From contig JAZLCS010000113.1 of NCBI GenBank assembly GCA_045614385.1, positions 4,159-68,158 of the forward strand: a stretch of 64,000 bases of DNA. The letters are read 5' to 3'. Made by a program: the position numbers and the translations under genes. Shown in pieces: positions 9,985 to 20,097 of the stretch. Positions within the stretch are counted from its first letter, which is position 1. Each line of letters begins with the position of its first letter. Under the pieces are notes generated by a model. That model was not told the origin of the DNA and did no database searches. It worked only from the letters and a program-made list of their open reading frames with translations. The DNA comes from Acutalibacteraceae bacterium (GTDB lineage Bacteria > Bacillota > Clostridia > Oscillospirales > Acutalibacteraceae).

Positions 9985-10647
9985 TTATTTATCATTCGTT
10001 ACGTTGCCGTCGCCCTGAACGGGGATTGCTTCGCCGAGATATGTCGGCTCGGGCTGAACGATTGTGTATATAAAATCCTTATTTCTTGCAAGAATTTCGC
10101 GGATATCCCTATAAAGCTGACCGCCGTATTCGCGCAAATCGGATTCAACGCCGTATGCCTCAAGCCCGAGCTTGCGCGCGTCATAAATTGCGCGGGGCAG
10201 GTGATAACTCTGGGTGACAATCAGAACCTTTTTCGCCTGAAAAATATCTCTTGCGCGATACATGCTTTCATAGGTTGAAAAGCCTGCATGGTCCATGAAA
10301 ACATCCTCAGAGGCAAGTCCTCTGTCTGTTGCGAAATTCTTCATAACGTTCACTTCGTCATATTCGCTGCTTCCGTGGTCGCCGCTCATGAGAAGCTTTT
10401 CGCTTGCGCCGTTTTTGCAAAGCTCAATGCCCACAAGCAGCCTGTCCTCCAGCATATGGCTGGGCGTATCGCCCCAGACTCCGCAACCGAGAACAAGCAC
10501 ACAGTCATAGCCGTTGCCCGCGTTTTCCATATCAAGAATATACTGTTCCGTGCTGCCTTTTATATAATAGTTTATGCCCAAAACCGCCGCAGCGCACACA
10601 ATACCGATGCAGACAAGAACAACTGTAAGTCTTTTTAAGATTTTCAT
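9985..10647 (-). CDS. SanA/YdcF (DUF218) family protein
   Basis: VLGCGV, LLMSGD, DHAGFSTYESM and TQSYHLPRA. Confidence 0.9.
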   Translation of the reverse strand: MKILKRLTVVLVCIGIVCAAAVLGINYYIKGSTEQYILDMENAGNGYDCVLVLGCGVWGDTPSHMLEDRLLVGIELCKNGASEKLLMSGDHGSSEYDEVNVMKNFATDRGLASEDVFMDHAGFSTYESMYRARDIFQAKKVLIVTQSYHLPRAIYDARKLGLEAYGVESDLREYGGQLYRDIREILARNKDFIYTIVQPEPTYLGEAIPVQGDGNVTNDK

Positions 10648-10892
10648 TTTTATCTCTCCGTTTTTCTCAGGATGATAAAAGACGGAGAACAGAAAAACCG
10701 TTCTCCGTCTTTTATCGGATGGCTCTGACATTGTTGCTCACAAATGCAGAATATGATAGAAATATCATACTTCAACAGTATAAAGGATAAAAACGAATCC
10801 GTCAACAGTTTTTTACAAATTTTTAAGAATTTCTTAATAATCAGGGAAATCAATATCGGCTTGCCGCAATACCGCAGCAAGCCGCATTTTTA

Positions 10893-13800
10893 TTATTCTG
10901 TTCTGAGTGCTTCGACGGGATCTTTTCTTGATGCGATTTTGGAGGGGATAAGGCCCGAAATGAGAGTGAGCACAACGCTGATGGCAACAAGGATTATTGC
11001 GCCGTCAACAGGCAGCTTTGCAACGTTGGGCAAGCCTGCCAGATGCTCGATAATCGCATTGATGGGAATTGAAAGAAGAACGGTTGAAAGAATACCCATC
11101 GTGCCCGATACAAGACCCACAATGAATGTTTCGGCGTTGAAAACTCTCGAAATATCCTTCTTTGATGCGCCGATTGCGCGAAGAATACCGATTTCCTTTG
11201 TTCTTTCAAGAACTGAAATATAGGTGATAATACCTATCATGATTGATGAAACAACAAGTGAAATTGCAACAAAAGCAATGAGAACATAAGAAATGATGTT
11301 GATAATTGTTGTGACGGAGGAGAGAAGAAGCCCGATATAATCGGTATACTTGATTTCTCCTTTTTCGTTGCCTGCTTCTGACTGAGCCGCATTGTATCTT
11401 GCAATTTCATCTGAAATCATGTCCTTTGATTCAAAATCAAGAGGATAGATATAGATTGACTGAGGCGACTCAAGGTCGGCAACGCCGAGAATGGAAAGAG
11501 CCTCTTCATAGCTTTTGGCATAGGGTTCGGGCTCCGGTTCGGGTTCGGGTTCGGGCTCGGGCTCAACAACGGGAGCCTGAGTCTGAGTTTCTCCCTCGCT
11601 CGGCTTTTCGCTCTCTTCGGGCTTGTCGGTTTCGCCTTCGCCTTCGGCTGCGCCCTCTCCGCCTTCGGCAGGGGGAGCAACGCCGCCAAACTCGCCGCTC
11701 ATGATGGCATTGAGCATCTTGAGCTTTGTTGTTTTATCCATCATCATAAGGAACGAAAGAGCCTGCTCGCCGCTGACCTGACCCATGCCCTCGATTTCCT
11801 GACCTTCAAGCATTTCGTCAAGATAGCCGATAAGCTCATTTCTTTCGCCGATTGAAAGCATGGTTTTGAGCATAAGCTCAACGGTGCGTTTCATTTTATC
11901 AGCTTCTTCGCCGCTGTATTCGCTGTCAATTGCGGCGTAGATTTCTTCTTCCGTAACTGCGGGGAACTGGCTGAAATCGGGCATGCCCGTTGCGGTGGGA
12001 GTAGCTTTGGGTGCGCCGTTTGCAAGAGCGGTTGCGCTTGCCTTGGGTGCCGTGTCCGCAACAGCCTCAACGGCTGAATCTATCTGCGGGTCAAGCGAAA
12101 CACCCGATGCCGCAGGAGCTGTTGTTGACTTGGCGGCAGTTTCTGCTTCAGCATTTTCCTTTTCAAAAGGAATGCCTGTGAAAACATCGGTTTTCGGGTC
12201 AGCCGTCTGCTGCTTAACGATTTCGCATTCGTTGGTTGCGTTGATTATGTGCTCTGTGAGTGCCGAAGTGTAGCCGATTGCGCCCATGGTAGTTACCATA
12301 ATCGAATCTCCGGCAGGTCTGACAATGCCGACGATTCTGATTTCTTCGCCGTTTTCGATAAGCTTCTGAACATATTCGGCATCGCCGCGCATATCGTTCC
12401 AGGTCTTTGTTTCTTCGTCATATGTGAAATAATCGGGTTCAAGAACGATTTTGAAGGTCATGTTGAGAATATCGTCATATTCAATTTCAAATTTCTGCGG
12501 GGTATATTCTTCTCCGTTCTGAGCCGCCATGAACGCCTGCATCATGTCCTGACCCGTTGTCAGGCCGAGACCCTGAATTGCGATATCGCTGATTTCGTTG
12601 TTTTTATCAACAATGAGAACAACCTCATTATAATTCTGAGGCCATGCGCCCTGAACAATTTCATACTGGTCGCGGAGCATTGCGTCATTGTCAATAAGCT
12701 CCTGCCATGAGTTCATATAAGCGGTCATCGAGGTCATCATGGAATTATCCATGCCCATGCTGCCGAGATTGATGCTGCCCATCATGGTTTCCATCATTGA
12801 AATAACGGGGCTGGGATAAACCTGATTAACGCCCTTTGAAGTGTCCGATGAGAAAATATTGATTGTGCCGCCGTATTTATACTGAACGCTGCTTGCATAT
12901 TGGTCAATCGTGCTCAGCTCGCTTTCAAGATAATCCTTGAAAGCCTTGAGGTCGTTCTGGTGAATTTCGGATGTGAAGGATTCCATCATGCTTGATGTGA
13001 GAGTGTTTGAATAAACCTTGTCAAGCGCGTGGTCAACCTCGCCCGTTGGCGACATGCCCGCCATGCCCGTCATCATGGAATTCATATCCATTGCGGTTTT
13101 TTCTATCATAACGGGATAAGAGGTAAGAGTTTCCTGCTGAATTGCGTCGATATATGCCTGGAAACCGCTTGAAAGAGCAAGAATGAGAGCAATGCCGATT
13201 ATGCCGATGCTGCCTGCAAAAGAGGTGAGAAAGGTTCTTGCCTTTTTTGTCATGAGGTTATTCATCGAAAGTGAAAGAGCTGTCAGGAAAGACATCGACG
13301 GCTTTTTGGGCAACGCTTTTGCCGCCTTTTTTTCGCTCCTCTTTTCTGCTCTTGATTTTTCCCTGCGCTCAACATCCTCAGTTGTGTAAGGATTGGAGTC
13401 ATTAACGATGTTGCCGTCAACAAGGCGGATTATTCTTGTTGAATATTCCTCTGCAAGCTCCGGGTTATGGGTAACCATGATAACAAGCTTTTCCTTGGAA
13501 ATTTCTTTGAGCAAATCCATAATCTGAACGCTTGTTTCGGTATCCAGCGCGCCCGTAGGTTCATCGGCAAGAAGAATTTCGGGGTCGTTGACAAGAGCTC
13601 TTGCAATTGCAACCCTCTGCATCTGACCGCCCGACATCTGATTCGGCTTTTTGCTTATCTGGTCGCCGAGGCCGACCTTTTCAAGAGCCGCTTTTGCTTT
13701 TTCTTTTCTTTCAGCCTTTGAAACGCCCGAAAGAGTCAGCGCAAGCTCAACGTTTGACAAAACGCTCTGATGAGGAATCAGGTTATAGTTCTGGAAAACA

Positions 13801-14060
13801 AAGCCGATTGAATGGTTGCGGTAGCTGTCCCAATCGCCGTCTTTGAAATCTTTGGTTGACCTGCCTTCAATAACAAGGTCTCCCGTTGTGTATTGGTCAA
13901 GGCCGCCGATAATGTTAAGTAAGGTTGTTTTTCCGCATCCCGAATGGCCGAGAATCGAAACAAATTCGCTCTTGCGGAATTCGATGTTAACGCCTTTAAG
14001 AGCGACCACCTTTGAGTCGCCCGTCGGATATTCTTTCACTATATTTTTCAGTTTCAGCAT
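10893..14060 (-). CDS. fused ABC transporter ATPase/permease, MacB/FtsX type
   Basis: Walker A GHSGCGKT, MSGGQMQR, LADEPTG; C-terminal VLERTKEIGILRAIGA. Confidence 0.93.
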   Translation of the reverse strand: MLKLKNIVKEYPTGDSKVVALKGVNIEFRKSEFVSILGHSGCGKTTLLNIIGGLDQYTTGDLVIEGRSTKDFKDGDWDSYRNHSIGFVFQNYNLIPHQSVLSNVELALTLSGVSKAERKEKAKAALEKVGLGDQISKKPNQMSGGQMQRVAIARALVNDPEILLADEPTGALDTETSVQIMDLLKEISKEKLVIMVTHNPELAEEYSTRIIRLVDGNIVNDSNPYTTEDVERREKSRAEKRSEKKAAKALPKKPSMSFLTALSLSMNNLMTKKARTFLTSFAGSIGIIGIALILALSSGFQAYIDAIQQETLTSYPVMIEKTAMDMNSMMTGMAGMSPTGEVDHALDKVYSNTLTSSMMESFTSEIHQNDLKAFKDYLESELSTIDQYASSVQYKYGGTINIFSSDTSKGVNQVYPSPVISMMETMMGSINLGSMGMDNSMMTSMTAYMNSWQELIDNDAMLRDQYEIVQGAWPQNYNEVVLIVDKNNEISDIAIQGLGLTTGQDMMQAFMAAQNGEEYTPQKFEIEYDDILNMTFKIVLEPDYFTYDEETKTWNDMRGDAEYVQKLIENGEEIRIVGIVRPAGDSIMVTTMGAIGYTSALTEHIINATNECEIVKQQTADPKTDVFTGIPFEKENAEAETAAKSTTAPAASGVSLDPQIDSAVEAVADTAPKASATALANGAPKATPTATGMPDFSQFPAVTEEEIYAAIDSEYSGEEADKMKRTVELMLKTMLSIGERNELIGYLDEMLEGQEIEGMGQVSGEQALSFLMMMDKTTKLKMLNAIMSGEFGGVAPPAEGGEGAAEGEGETDKPEESEKPSEGETQTQAPVVEPEPEPEPEPEPEPYAKSYEEALSILGVADLESPQSIYIYPLDFESKDMISDEIARYNAAQSEAGNEKGEIKYTDYIGLLLSSVTTIINIISYVLIAFVAISLVVSSIMIGIITYISVLERTKEIGILRAIGASKKDISRVFNAETFIVGLVSGTMGILSTVLLSIPINAIIEHLAGLPNVAKLPVDGAIILVAISVVLTLISGLIPSKIASRKDPVEALRTE

Positions 14061-14089
14061 TAAGATTACCTCTTGACAAACCAAAATCT

Positions 14090-14111
14090 AACTGTTACAC
14101 TTGTAACAGTT
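14090..14111. promoter_or_regulatory. putative TetR operator
   Basis: Perfect inverted repeat aactgttaca-ct-tgtaacagtt between divergent ABC and TetR genes; extra half-sites at 14116 and 14179. Confidence 0.7.
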
Positions 14112-14202
14112 GCAGTGTAACATTAGTTTATGAACAAAATGTTATCAAAAATCGCTTTTTTATTAAAAACATTCAAAATGTTACAAAACAGGGGAGTTTG
14201 TA

Positions 14203-14760
14203 ATGCGAAAGAGAAATGAAGTTAATGTTCTGACCAAGGAATGCATTGTCACGGCACTGCTTCGGTTGATGAGAACCAACAGCTATGACAGCATTTCGAT
14301 AACCGATATAACCAACCTTGCGGGTGTTTCAAGAATGGCGTATTACCGCAATTACAGCAGCAAGGATGAAATTCTGCTCAAGCATATTGTTGACCAGGAG
14401 CAGAAGCTTTTAGATGAAATCAACGGAAAAAAAGCCTCTGATTTCAAGGGCGCCATCTCTTATATTTCGGAGTTTTTTCAGGCAAATGCCGATGTTATAA
14501 AGGCAATCTATGATGCGGGTCTTGCGCATATGCTTACGGAAATGCTTGAAGAAAGGGTTTACACCTATTTCCCCGTTGCAGCCTCTGCAAAGGGCGGCAG
14601 ATACGCCGTTCATTATTATGTGGGCGGCATTCTTTCGGTTTTCAAGCTCTGGTTTGACAACGGAATGGTTGAAACGGTTGATGAAATTTCCGAAACAATT
14701 TATAACCTGATTAACAACGAAGACGCGATTGATTTTGTGGTTTTGACTCAGAAGGAATAA
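14203..14760 (+). CDS. TetR/AcrR family regulator
   Basis: HTH ISITDITNLAGVSRMAYYRNY. Confidence 0.92.
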   Translation: MRKRNEVNVLTKECIVTALLRLMRTNSYDSISITDITNLAGVSRMAYYRNYSSKDEILLKHIVDQEQKLLDEINGKKASDFKGAISYISEFFQANADVIKAIYDAGLAHMLTEMLEERVYTYFPVAASAKGGRYAVHYYVGGILSVFKLWFDNGMVETVDEISETIYNLINNEDAIDFVVLTQKE

Positions 14761-14765
14761 AAGTT

Positions 14766-14797
14766 AACGGCTTGTACGATAATCCGTACAAGCCGTT
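14766..14797. terminator. bidirectional terminator
   Basis: aacggcttgtacg / cgtacaagccgtt inverted repeat between convergent genes. Confidence 0.8.
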
Positions 14798-14800
14798 TTG

Positions 14801-16168
14801 TTATGTTATGCTGTCAAGAAAATACTGCATAACCTTGTTTGAAACCGTTGAAGCAATGCCCGAGCCCTGCCCGCCGTGCTCCGCGATGCAGACCACCGCA
14901 AGCGGCAAATCCGCTCTTTGTGAATAGCCGACAAACCACGAATGGCTTTTTGCGTTGTCTATCTGAGCCGTGCCCGTTTTGCCGCACATCTGAAGGTTTT
15001 CAAACTTCCAATCACCGTATTTATCGGCAACGTTTGAGCGCAGAAGCGCGTTGAGCCTTGCAGCCGTTTCGGGCTTTACCGTAATAATTTCTTCGGGCAT
15101 TCTGCCGACTATATCGGAAACCGTGCCCGTTGAGCGGATTCTGTCGGGTGCATAGCCTGTGCCGCCGTTTGCAATCGCGCCCATGATTGAAAGAAAATGA
15201 GCGGGATTAACATAGGTTGTGGATTGCCCGATGCCTGCCCAGCCAAGCTCCGCCTTGCTTTTGTCAGAAGGGTCAAAACGGCTCTTTGTCAGGCGGATTT
15301 CTTTCGCATAAAGCTGGCTGTTGAAGCCCATTGACTGTGCCGTTGATTTAAGCTTTGATGCGCCGAGCTCAATTGAAATCTGAGCAAACGCCGAGTTGCA
15401 GGAATTGTTCATCGCCTCCTGAAAGCTCTGCTTGCCGTGTTCGCCGTTGCAGATAACCGTGCCGTCGCCGGTTTCGTATTCGCCGTCGCATTCGAACACA
15501 CGCAAATCGATATCGGGGATGTTTTCAATCGCGCAGGCGGCGGTAACGATTTTCATAATCGAACCGGGAGTATAGATTCCCGAAATAACATTATCAAGAA
15601 AAACGCCCGAATATTTTTCGTTTGTCAGCAGGTCTGCGGGCTTGTTTTCAATGTCATAGGTCGGCTTTGAAACGCTGCAGAGAAGCTGGCCCGTTTTGTA
15701 ATTATAGACCGCAACCGCGCCGTTATAATCACCGAGAGCCTTGTATGCAACCTTGTTTGCCTCGCTGTCGATATTCAGCGTTATATTTGTGCCCGTGCCG
15801 CTTTGCTTAAGGTTATATATTCCTTCGATTTTGCTGTAGCCCGAAAGCACATCGCGGTAAAGATAGTGGGTACCCGTTGAAATATATCCCGCAGTATCGC
15901 CCACAACATGGAGCACGGATTTTCTGACGCTTTCGCTGTGCGCAAAAACTCTTTCGTTGTCGGAGCTTTTGGCAAGCTCAACGCCGTTGATGTCATAAAT
16001 CGTGCCTGCATTAACTATTGTTCCGCCCGAATAAATATGGCGGTTTGCCTTGTGTGAAGCCCATTCCGAGCCGTTGAGAAAAAGGCTCACGAGAAAGATT
16101 ACGATACCTGCAACAAAGGCGAGAATCAGAGCGTAAATTACGGCGGCACGCCTTGCGGTTATCCTCAT
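14801..16168 (-). CDS. class B penicillin-binding transpeptidase (PbpA-like)
   Basis: SxxK (SIMK), SxN (SCN) and KTG. Confidence 0.92.
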   Translation of the reverse strand: MRITARRAAVIYALILAFVAGIVIFLVSLFLNGSEWASHKANRHIYSGGTIVNAGTIYDINGVELAKSSDNERVFAHSESVRKSVLHVVGDTAGYISTGTHYLYRDVLSGYSKIEGIYNLKQSGTGTNITLNIDSEANKVAYKALGDYNGAVAVYNYKTGQLLCSVSKPTYDIENKPADLLTNEKYSGVFLDNVISGIYTPGSIMKIVTAACAIENIPDIDLRVFECDGEYETGDGTVICNGEHGKQSFQEAMNNSCNSAFAQISIELGASKLKSTAQSMGFNSQLYAKEIRLTKSRFDPSDKSKAELGWAGIGQSTTYVNPAHFLSIMGAIANGGTGYAPDRIRSTGTVSDIVGRMPEEIITVKPETAARLNALLRSNVADKYGDWKFENLQMCGKTGTAQIDNAKSHSWFVGYSQRADLPLAVVCIAEHGGQGSGIASTVSNKVMQYFLDSIT

Positions 16169-17466
16169 GATGACGCACCTCCCTTTGCTTTTTTGACGGG
16201 AGCTGATTTCTGAACCTTTTTGATTGCGATATCGGGCTTCGGCGGCTCAAACGGAGCACCTGCCGCCCTGATATAAGCGAGCAGACCCCATGAACAGAGC
16301 ATGCTCGAGCCGCCGCGGCTGACAAAGGGCAGGGTTACGCCTGTCAGCGGCAGCAAATCCGTTATGCCGAAAACATTCAGCGAAAGCTGGAAAAGCAGCA
16401 TGCCCGCTGCGGAAACCGCCGCAATTGCATAAAAGGTTGATGCCGAGGATTTTGCGGAGCGGATTGCAAACAGCGCAATGCCTGCAAAGCTGAGAAGAAC
16501 GGCAATGCCGATTATAAGCCCCATTTCTTCGCAAATAAGGCCGAAAACAAGGTCGGTTGAAGCGGCATAGACATCGCGAAGATAGCCTTCGCCGAGACCC
16601 AGACCGAACAGACCGCCGCTTGCGGAATATATAAGAACGCGGGTTTGCTGATAGCCTGTTGTGTCCATGAAATCCCAGACATGGCGGTAGGCGGCAAAGC
16701 GGTTTGCAACATAGGGCTTGAAAAAGATTATCAGAGCCGCGCCCATGAGAGCAACGGTGCATATGAGAACGATGGTTCTTATGTCGCCCGAGCGCATGAA
16801 TGCAATGAGTATAAAGGTGAAAAAGAAAATAAGAGCCGTTCCGAAATCCTTCATCAGAAACAGCGCACCGACACAGCCGAGAGAAAAAATTATGTATTTT
16901 GTGAGGCTGGCGTTTGAAAGCAGCTTTTCAAGCGATACCGCGCCGACAAGAATGAACGCAACTTTAACGAGCTCAGAGGGCTGAATCGAGAAAAAGCCAA
17001 GGTCAATCCAGTTGAGAGTGCCGTTGATGTTCTGAGCAAGAACAAGATTGAGCGCAAGCACGCCGATTGAGCCGACGGCGGCGGGATAGCGCAGAATGCA
17101 GGCAAAGTTAACGTCTTTTATCAGCAAAAGCATTATCAGATAAACAGCAAGACCGAGCGCGATTGCGATAACCTGCTTTATTGCATATTCCTCGCTGAAG
17201 CTGGCGCACACCGTCAGCCCGATGCCCGAAAGGAAAAACGCAATTGCCTCCAGCTCAAAATAGTCGTTGCCGGTCACAAGAGTGCCGATAAGCATATAAA
17301 TCCACTCGGCGGCAATATAGCCGAAGAAAATATAAACCATTGTAAGGCTCAGCTCCTCCTGCCTGCAAAGCACGCACGCCGCGCAGACAAGCTGAAACGC
17401 CGTCATGAGAGCCATAACGGTTACCTGCTGAAAATGGGATTGCTTTTTTACCGCGGCTTCTGCCAT
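16165..17466 (-). CDS. FtsW/RodA/SpoVE (SEDS) protein
   Basis: IQPSELVK, KDFGT, EEMG and LPFVSRGGSS; 4-nt overlap with the PBP gene. Confidence 0.93.
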   Translation of the reverse strand: MAEAAVKKQSHFQQVTVMALMTAFQLVCAACVLCRQEELSLTMVYIFFGYIAAEWIYMLIGTLVTGNDYFELEAIAFFLSGIGLTVCASFSEEYAIKQVIAIALGLAVYLIMLLLIKDVNFACILRYPAAVGSIGVLALNLVLAQNINGTLNWIDLGFFSIQPSELVKVAFILVGAVSLEKLLSNASLTKYIIFSLGCVGALFLMKDFGTALIFFFTFILIAFMRSGDIRTIVLICTVALMGAALIIFFKPYVANRFAAYRHVWDFMDTTGYQQTRVLIYSASGGLFGLGLGEGYLRDVYAASTDLVFGLICEEMGLIIGIAVLLSFAGIALFAIRSAKSSASTFYAIAAVSAAGMLLFQLSLNVFGITDLLPLTGVTLPFVSRGGSSMLCSWGLLAYIRAAGAPFEPPKPDIAIKKVQKSAPVKKAKGGASS

Positions 17467-17678
17467 GTTTTTCCCTCCTTTTTATCCGCAATTTCAAATA
17501 TATATAATCATATCATACAGATGCAAAAATTTCAAATCAATTATATTCCGCAATTTTTTTAAAACTGTTAACAAATATCGTTAAGTTTATTAATTATATC
17601 GCGTTAATATATTCTTCGGCATATAATGCCTTTGTGAGGGAATCTTCAGCCCCTTATCTTCCTCTCATAATAAAATAC

Positions 17679-17707
17679 TTGCAAGTGAGGGAAAAATAGT
17701 GTATAAT
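17679..17707 (+). promoter_or_regulatory. sigmaA-type promoter of the desulfurase-thiI-cinA gene run
   Basis: TTGCAA-17 nt-TATAAT. Confidence 0.7.
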
Positions 17708-17763
17708 GTTTTAAATATGATTATTATAATGGGTAAAGTGCCGACAGAGGGGAAGCGTAATCA

Positions 17764-18897
17764 ATGAATGCTTATTTTGACAACAGCGCAACAACCGCGC
17801 CGTGCTGCGAAGCGGTCAGTGCCGTTTCCGAAGCAATGACACGGTGCTGGGGCAACCCCTCATCTCTCCACAGCGTCGGTAACAGAGCGATGGAGCTGCT
17901 GGAAGACTCCAGAAAAGACATCGCTGCCCGCCTTTCCTGCACCTCCGAAGAGATTTATTTCACCTCGGGCGGAACGGAAAGCAACAACCTTGCCGTTATG
18001 GGCGCGGCTTATCAGATGCGCCGCATGGGCAGAAGGATAGTTTCAACAAGCGTTGAGCACTCCAGCGTTGATGATACGTTGAACAAGCTTGAAGCAGAGG
18101 GCTTTGAGGTCATAAAGCTTAAGGTTGACGGTTACGGCAGGATAAACGAAAAAGACCTTTTCGCCGCCGTTAATTCAAATACAATTCTCATTACCATGAT
18201 GCTCGTTAACAACGAGGTGGGAACAATAATGCCTGTTCAGGCGGCAAAGAGAGCTGCCATGATGGCGCGTTCACCTGCGCTGATTCATTGCGATGCCGTT
18301 CAGGCATTCGGCAAAATGCCCGTCAAACCCGCTTCGCTCGGCGTTGACCTGATGACAATAAGCTCCCACAAAATCCACGGCCCGAAAGGAGTCGGCGCGC
18401 TTTATATCCGCAAGGGTGTAAAAATCAAGCCGAGAACCTTCGGCGGCGAGCAGGAAAAGAAAATCAGACCCGGCACGGAAGCAATGCCCGCAATTGCAGG
18501 CTTTGCCGCAGCGGCAAGGGCTCTGCCCGAGCCTGCGCGCGAACTGGAGCATATAACCATGCTCAGGGATTATATGGTTTCAAAGCTTGACGAGCTCGGC
18601 GACATAGCCGTCAATTCCCCGCCCGACGCTTTGCCCTATGTTACCAACATCTCGGTGCTCGGAATAAAGTCGGAGCCGATGCTCAATTTCCTTTCTGAAA
18701 GAGGAATTTTCGTTTCGAGCGGCTCGGCATGCTCAAAGGGCAAAAAGAGCCATGTTTTGACGCAGATGAATCTTGACCGCAGAAGGCTTGACAGTCCGCT
18801 GAGAATCAGCTTTTCAAGATACACAACAATTCAGGAAATCGATGCTCTTATTCTCGGAATTGCCGAGGGCAAAAAAGTTATAAGGGCGATAAAATAA
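17764..18897 (+). CDS. cysteine desulfurase (IscS/NifZ type)
   Basis: YFDNSATT, GNPSSLH, SSHKIHGPKG and SSGSACS; adjacent to thiI. Confidence 0.93.
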   Translation: MNAYFDNSATTAPCCEAVSAVSEAMTRCWGNPSSLHSVGNRAMELLEDSRKDIAARLSCTSEEIYFTSGGTESNNLAVMGAAYQMRRMGRRIVSTSVEHSSVDDTLNKLEAEGFEVIKLKVDGYGRINEKDLFAAVNSNTILITMMLVNNEVGTIMPVQAAKRAAMMARSPALIHCDAVQAFGKMPVKPASLGVDLMTISSHKIHGPKGVGALYIRKGVKIKPRTFGGEQEKKIRPGTEAMPAIAGFAAAARALPEPARELEHITMLRDYMVSKLDELGDIAVNSPPDALPYVTNISVLGIKSEPMLNFLSERGIFVSSGSACSKGKKSHVLTQMNLDRRRLDSPLRISFSRYTTIQEIDALILGIAEGKKVIRAIK

Positions 18898-18911
18898 TTC
18901 GGAGATATAAC

Positions 18912-20084
18912 ATGAAGGAAATAATTTTAATCAAAAACGGTGAGCTTGCACTTAAAGGGTTAAACAGAAGAACCTTTGAGGATATGCTTGTTAAAAACAT
19001 GCGCCGCAGGCTCGAATCCGCAGGAAAATTCAAATTCACAATCGCCCAGTCAACAATCGTTGCCGAGCCCGAAGAAGGCGCCGACCTTGACGAAGCGGTT
19101 GAACGCATCAAAAAGATTTTCGGAATCGCCGCATTTTCAAGAGCCGCGGCGGTTGAAAAGGATATGGAAACCATTCTGAGAAGCGCCGAAGAATATCTGG
19201 CTCCCCAGCTTCTCACGGTCAGAACATTTAAGGTTGAAGCAAAACGCTCGGATAAAAAATTCCCTCTCGGCTCGCCCGAAATTTGCAGAGAAACGGGCGG
19301 CTATCTGCTTCGCAAATTCCCTCATCTTGAGGTTGACGTTCACAACCCCGACATGGTTGTTACCGTTGAAATCAGAGATACCCACGCCTATATTCACGGC
19401 AAACAGATAAAGGGTGCGGGCGGCATGCCCACAGGCTCGTCGGGCAGGGCAGCGGTTCTCATTTCAGGCGGAATCGACAGCCCCGTTGCCGCTTATATGA
19501 TGGCAAAGCGCGGTCTGGAGCTTATGGCAATCCACTTTGCTTCGCCTCCCTACACAAGCGAAAGAGCTGAGCAGAAGGTTCACTCCCTGCTCAGACAGGT
19601 CAGCAAATATTCGGGCAGAATAACTCTGTTTGTTGTTCCGTTCACGGAAATTCAGGAGCTTATCAAGGATAACTGCCCCGAGGATATATTTACAGTTATC
19701 ATGCGCCGCATGATGATGAGAGTTTCGCAGATAATCGCGCAAAAAGAGCACTCGGGCGCCCTCATCACGGGCGAAAGCGTAGGTCAGGTTGCAAGCCAGA
19801 CAATGCCCGCAATCGCCTGCACCGATGCAGTTTGCGAAATGCCCGTTTTCCGTCCGCTTATCGGCATGGATAAAGACGAGGTTGTTGCAATTTCAAGAAA
19901 AATCGAAACATTTGATATATCAATTCTTCCTTATGAGGACTGCTGCACGGTGTTTACCCCGAAGCATCCCAAAACCAAGCCCACGCTTGAATATGTTGAG
20001 GAATGCGAGAAGGCTCTCGAGGTGGACAGGCTCGTTAAGGAAGCGGTTGAAAACACAAGATTTATTCATATAAACGCTTATTAA
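18912..20084 (+). CDS. thiI: tRNA 4-thiouridine synthase
   Basis: GELALKGLNR, THUMP domain, SGGIDS and PYEDCC. Confidence 0.95.
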   Translation: MKEIILIKNGELALKGLNRRTFEDMLVKNMRRRLESAGKFKFTIAQSTIVAEPEEGADLDEAVERIKKIFGIAAFSRAAAVEKDMETILRSAEEYLAPQLLTVRTFKVEAKRSDKKFPLGSPEICRETGGYLLRKFPHLEVDVHNPDMVVTVEIRDTHAYIHGKQIKGAGGMPTGSSGRAAVLISGGIDSPVAAYMMAKRGLELMAIHFASPPYTSERAEQKVHSLLRQVSKYSGRITLFVVPFTEIQELIKDNCPEDIFTVIMRRMMMRVSQIIAQKEHSGALITGESVGQVASQTMPAIACTDAVCEMPVFRPLIGMDKDEVVAISRKIETFDISILPYEDCCTVFTPKHPKTKPTLEYVEECEKALEVDRLVKEAVENTRFIHINAY

Positions 20085-20097
20085 GAGGAGACTCAGA

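Noticed and set aside
17620-17670. Hairpin with C-rich loop after a CATATAAT box (possible sRNA)
   Set aside because: Stem imperfect, no U-tract, and it sits in divergent promoter DNA; evidence too weak
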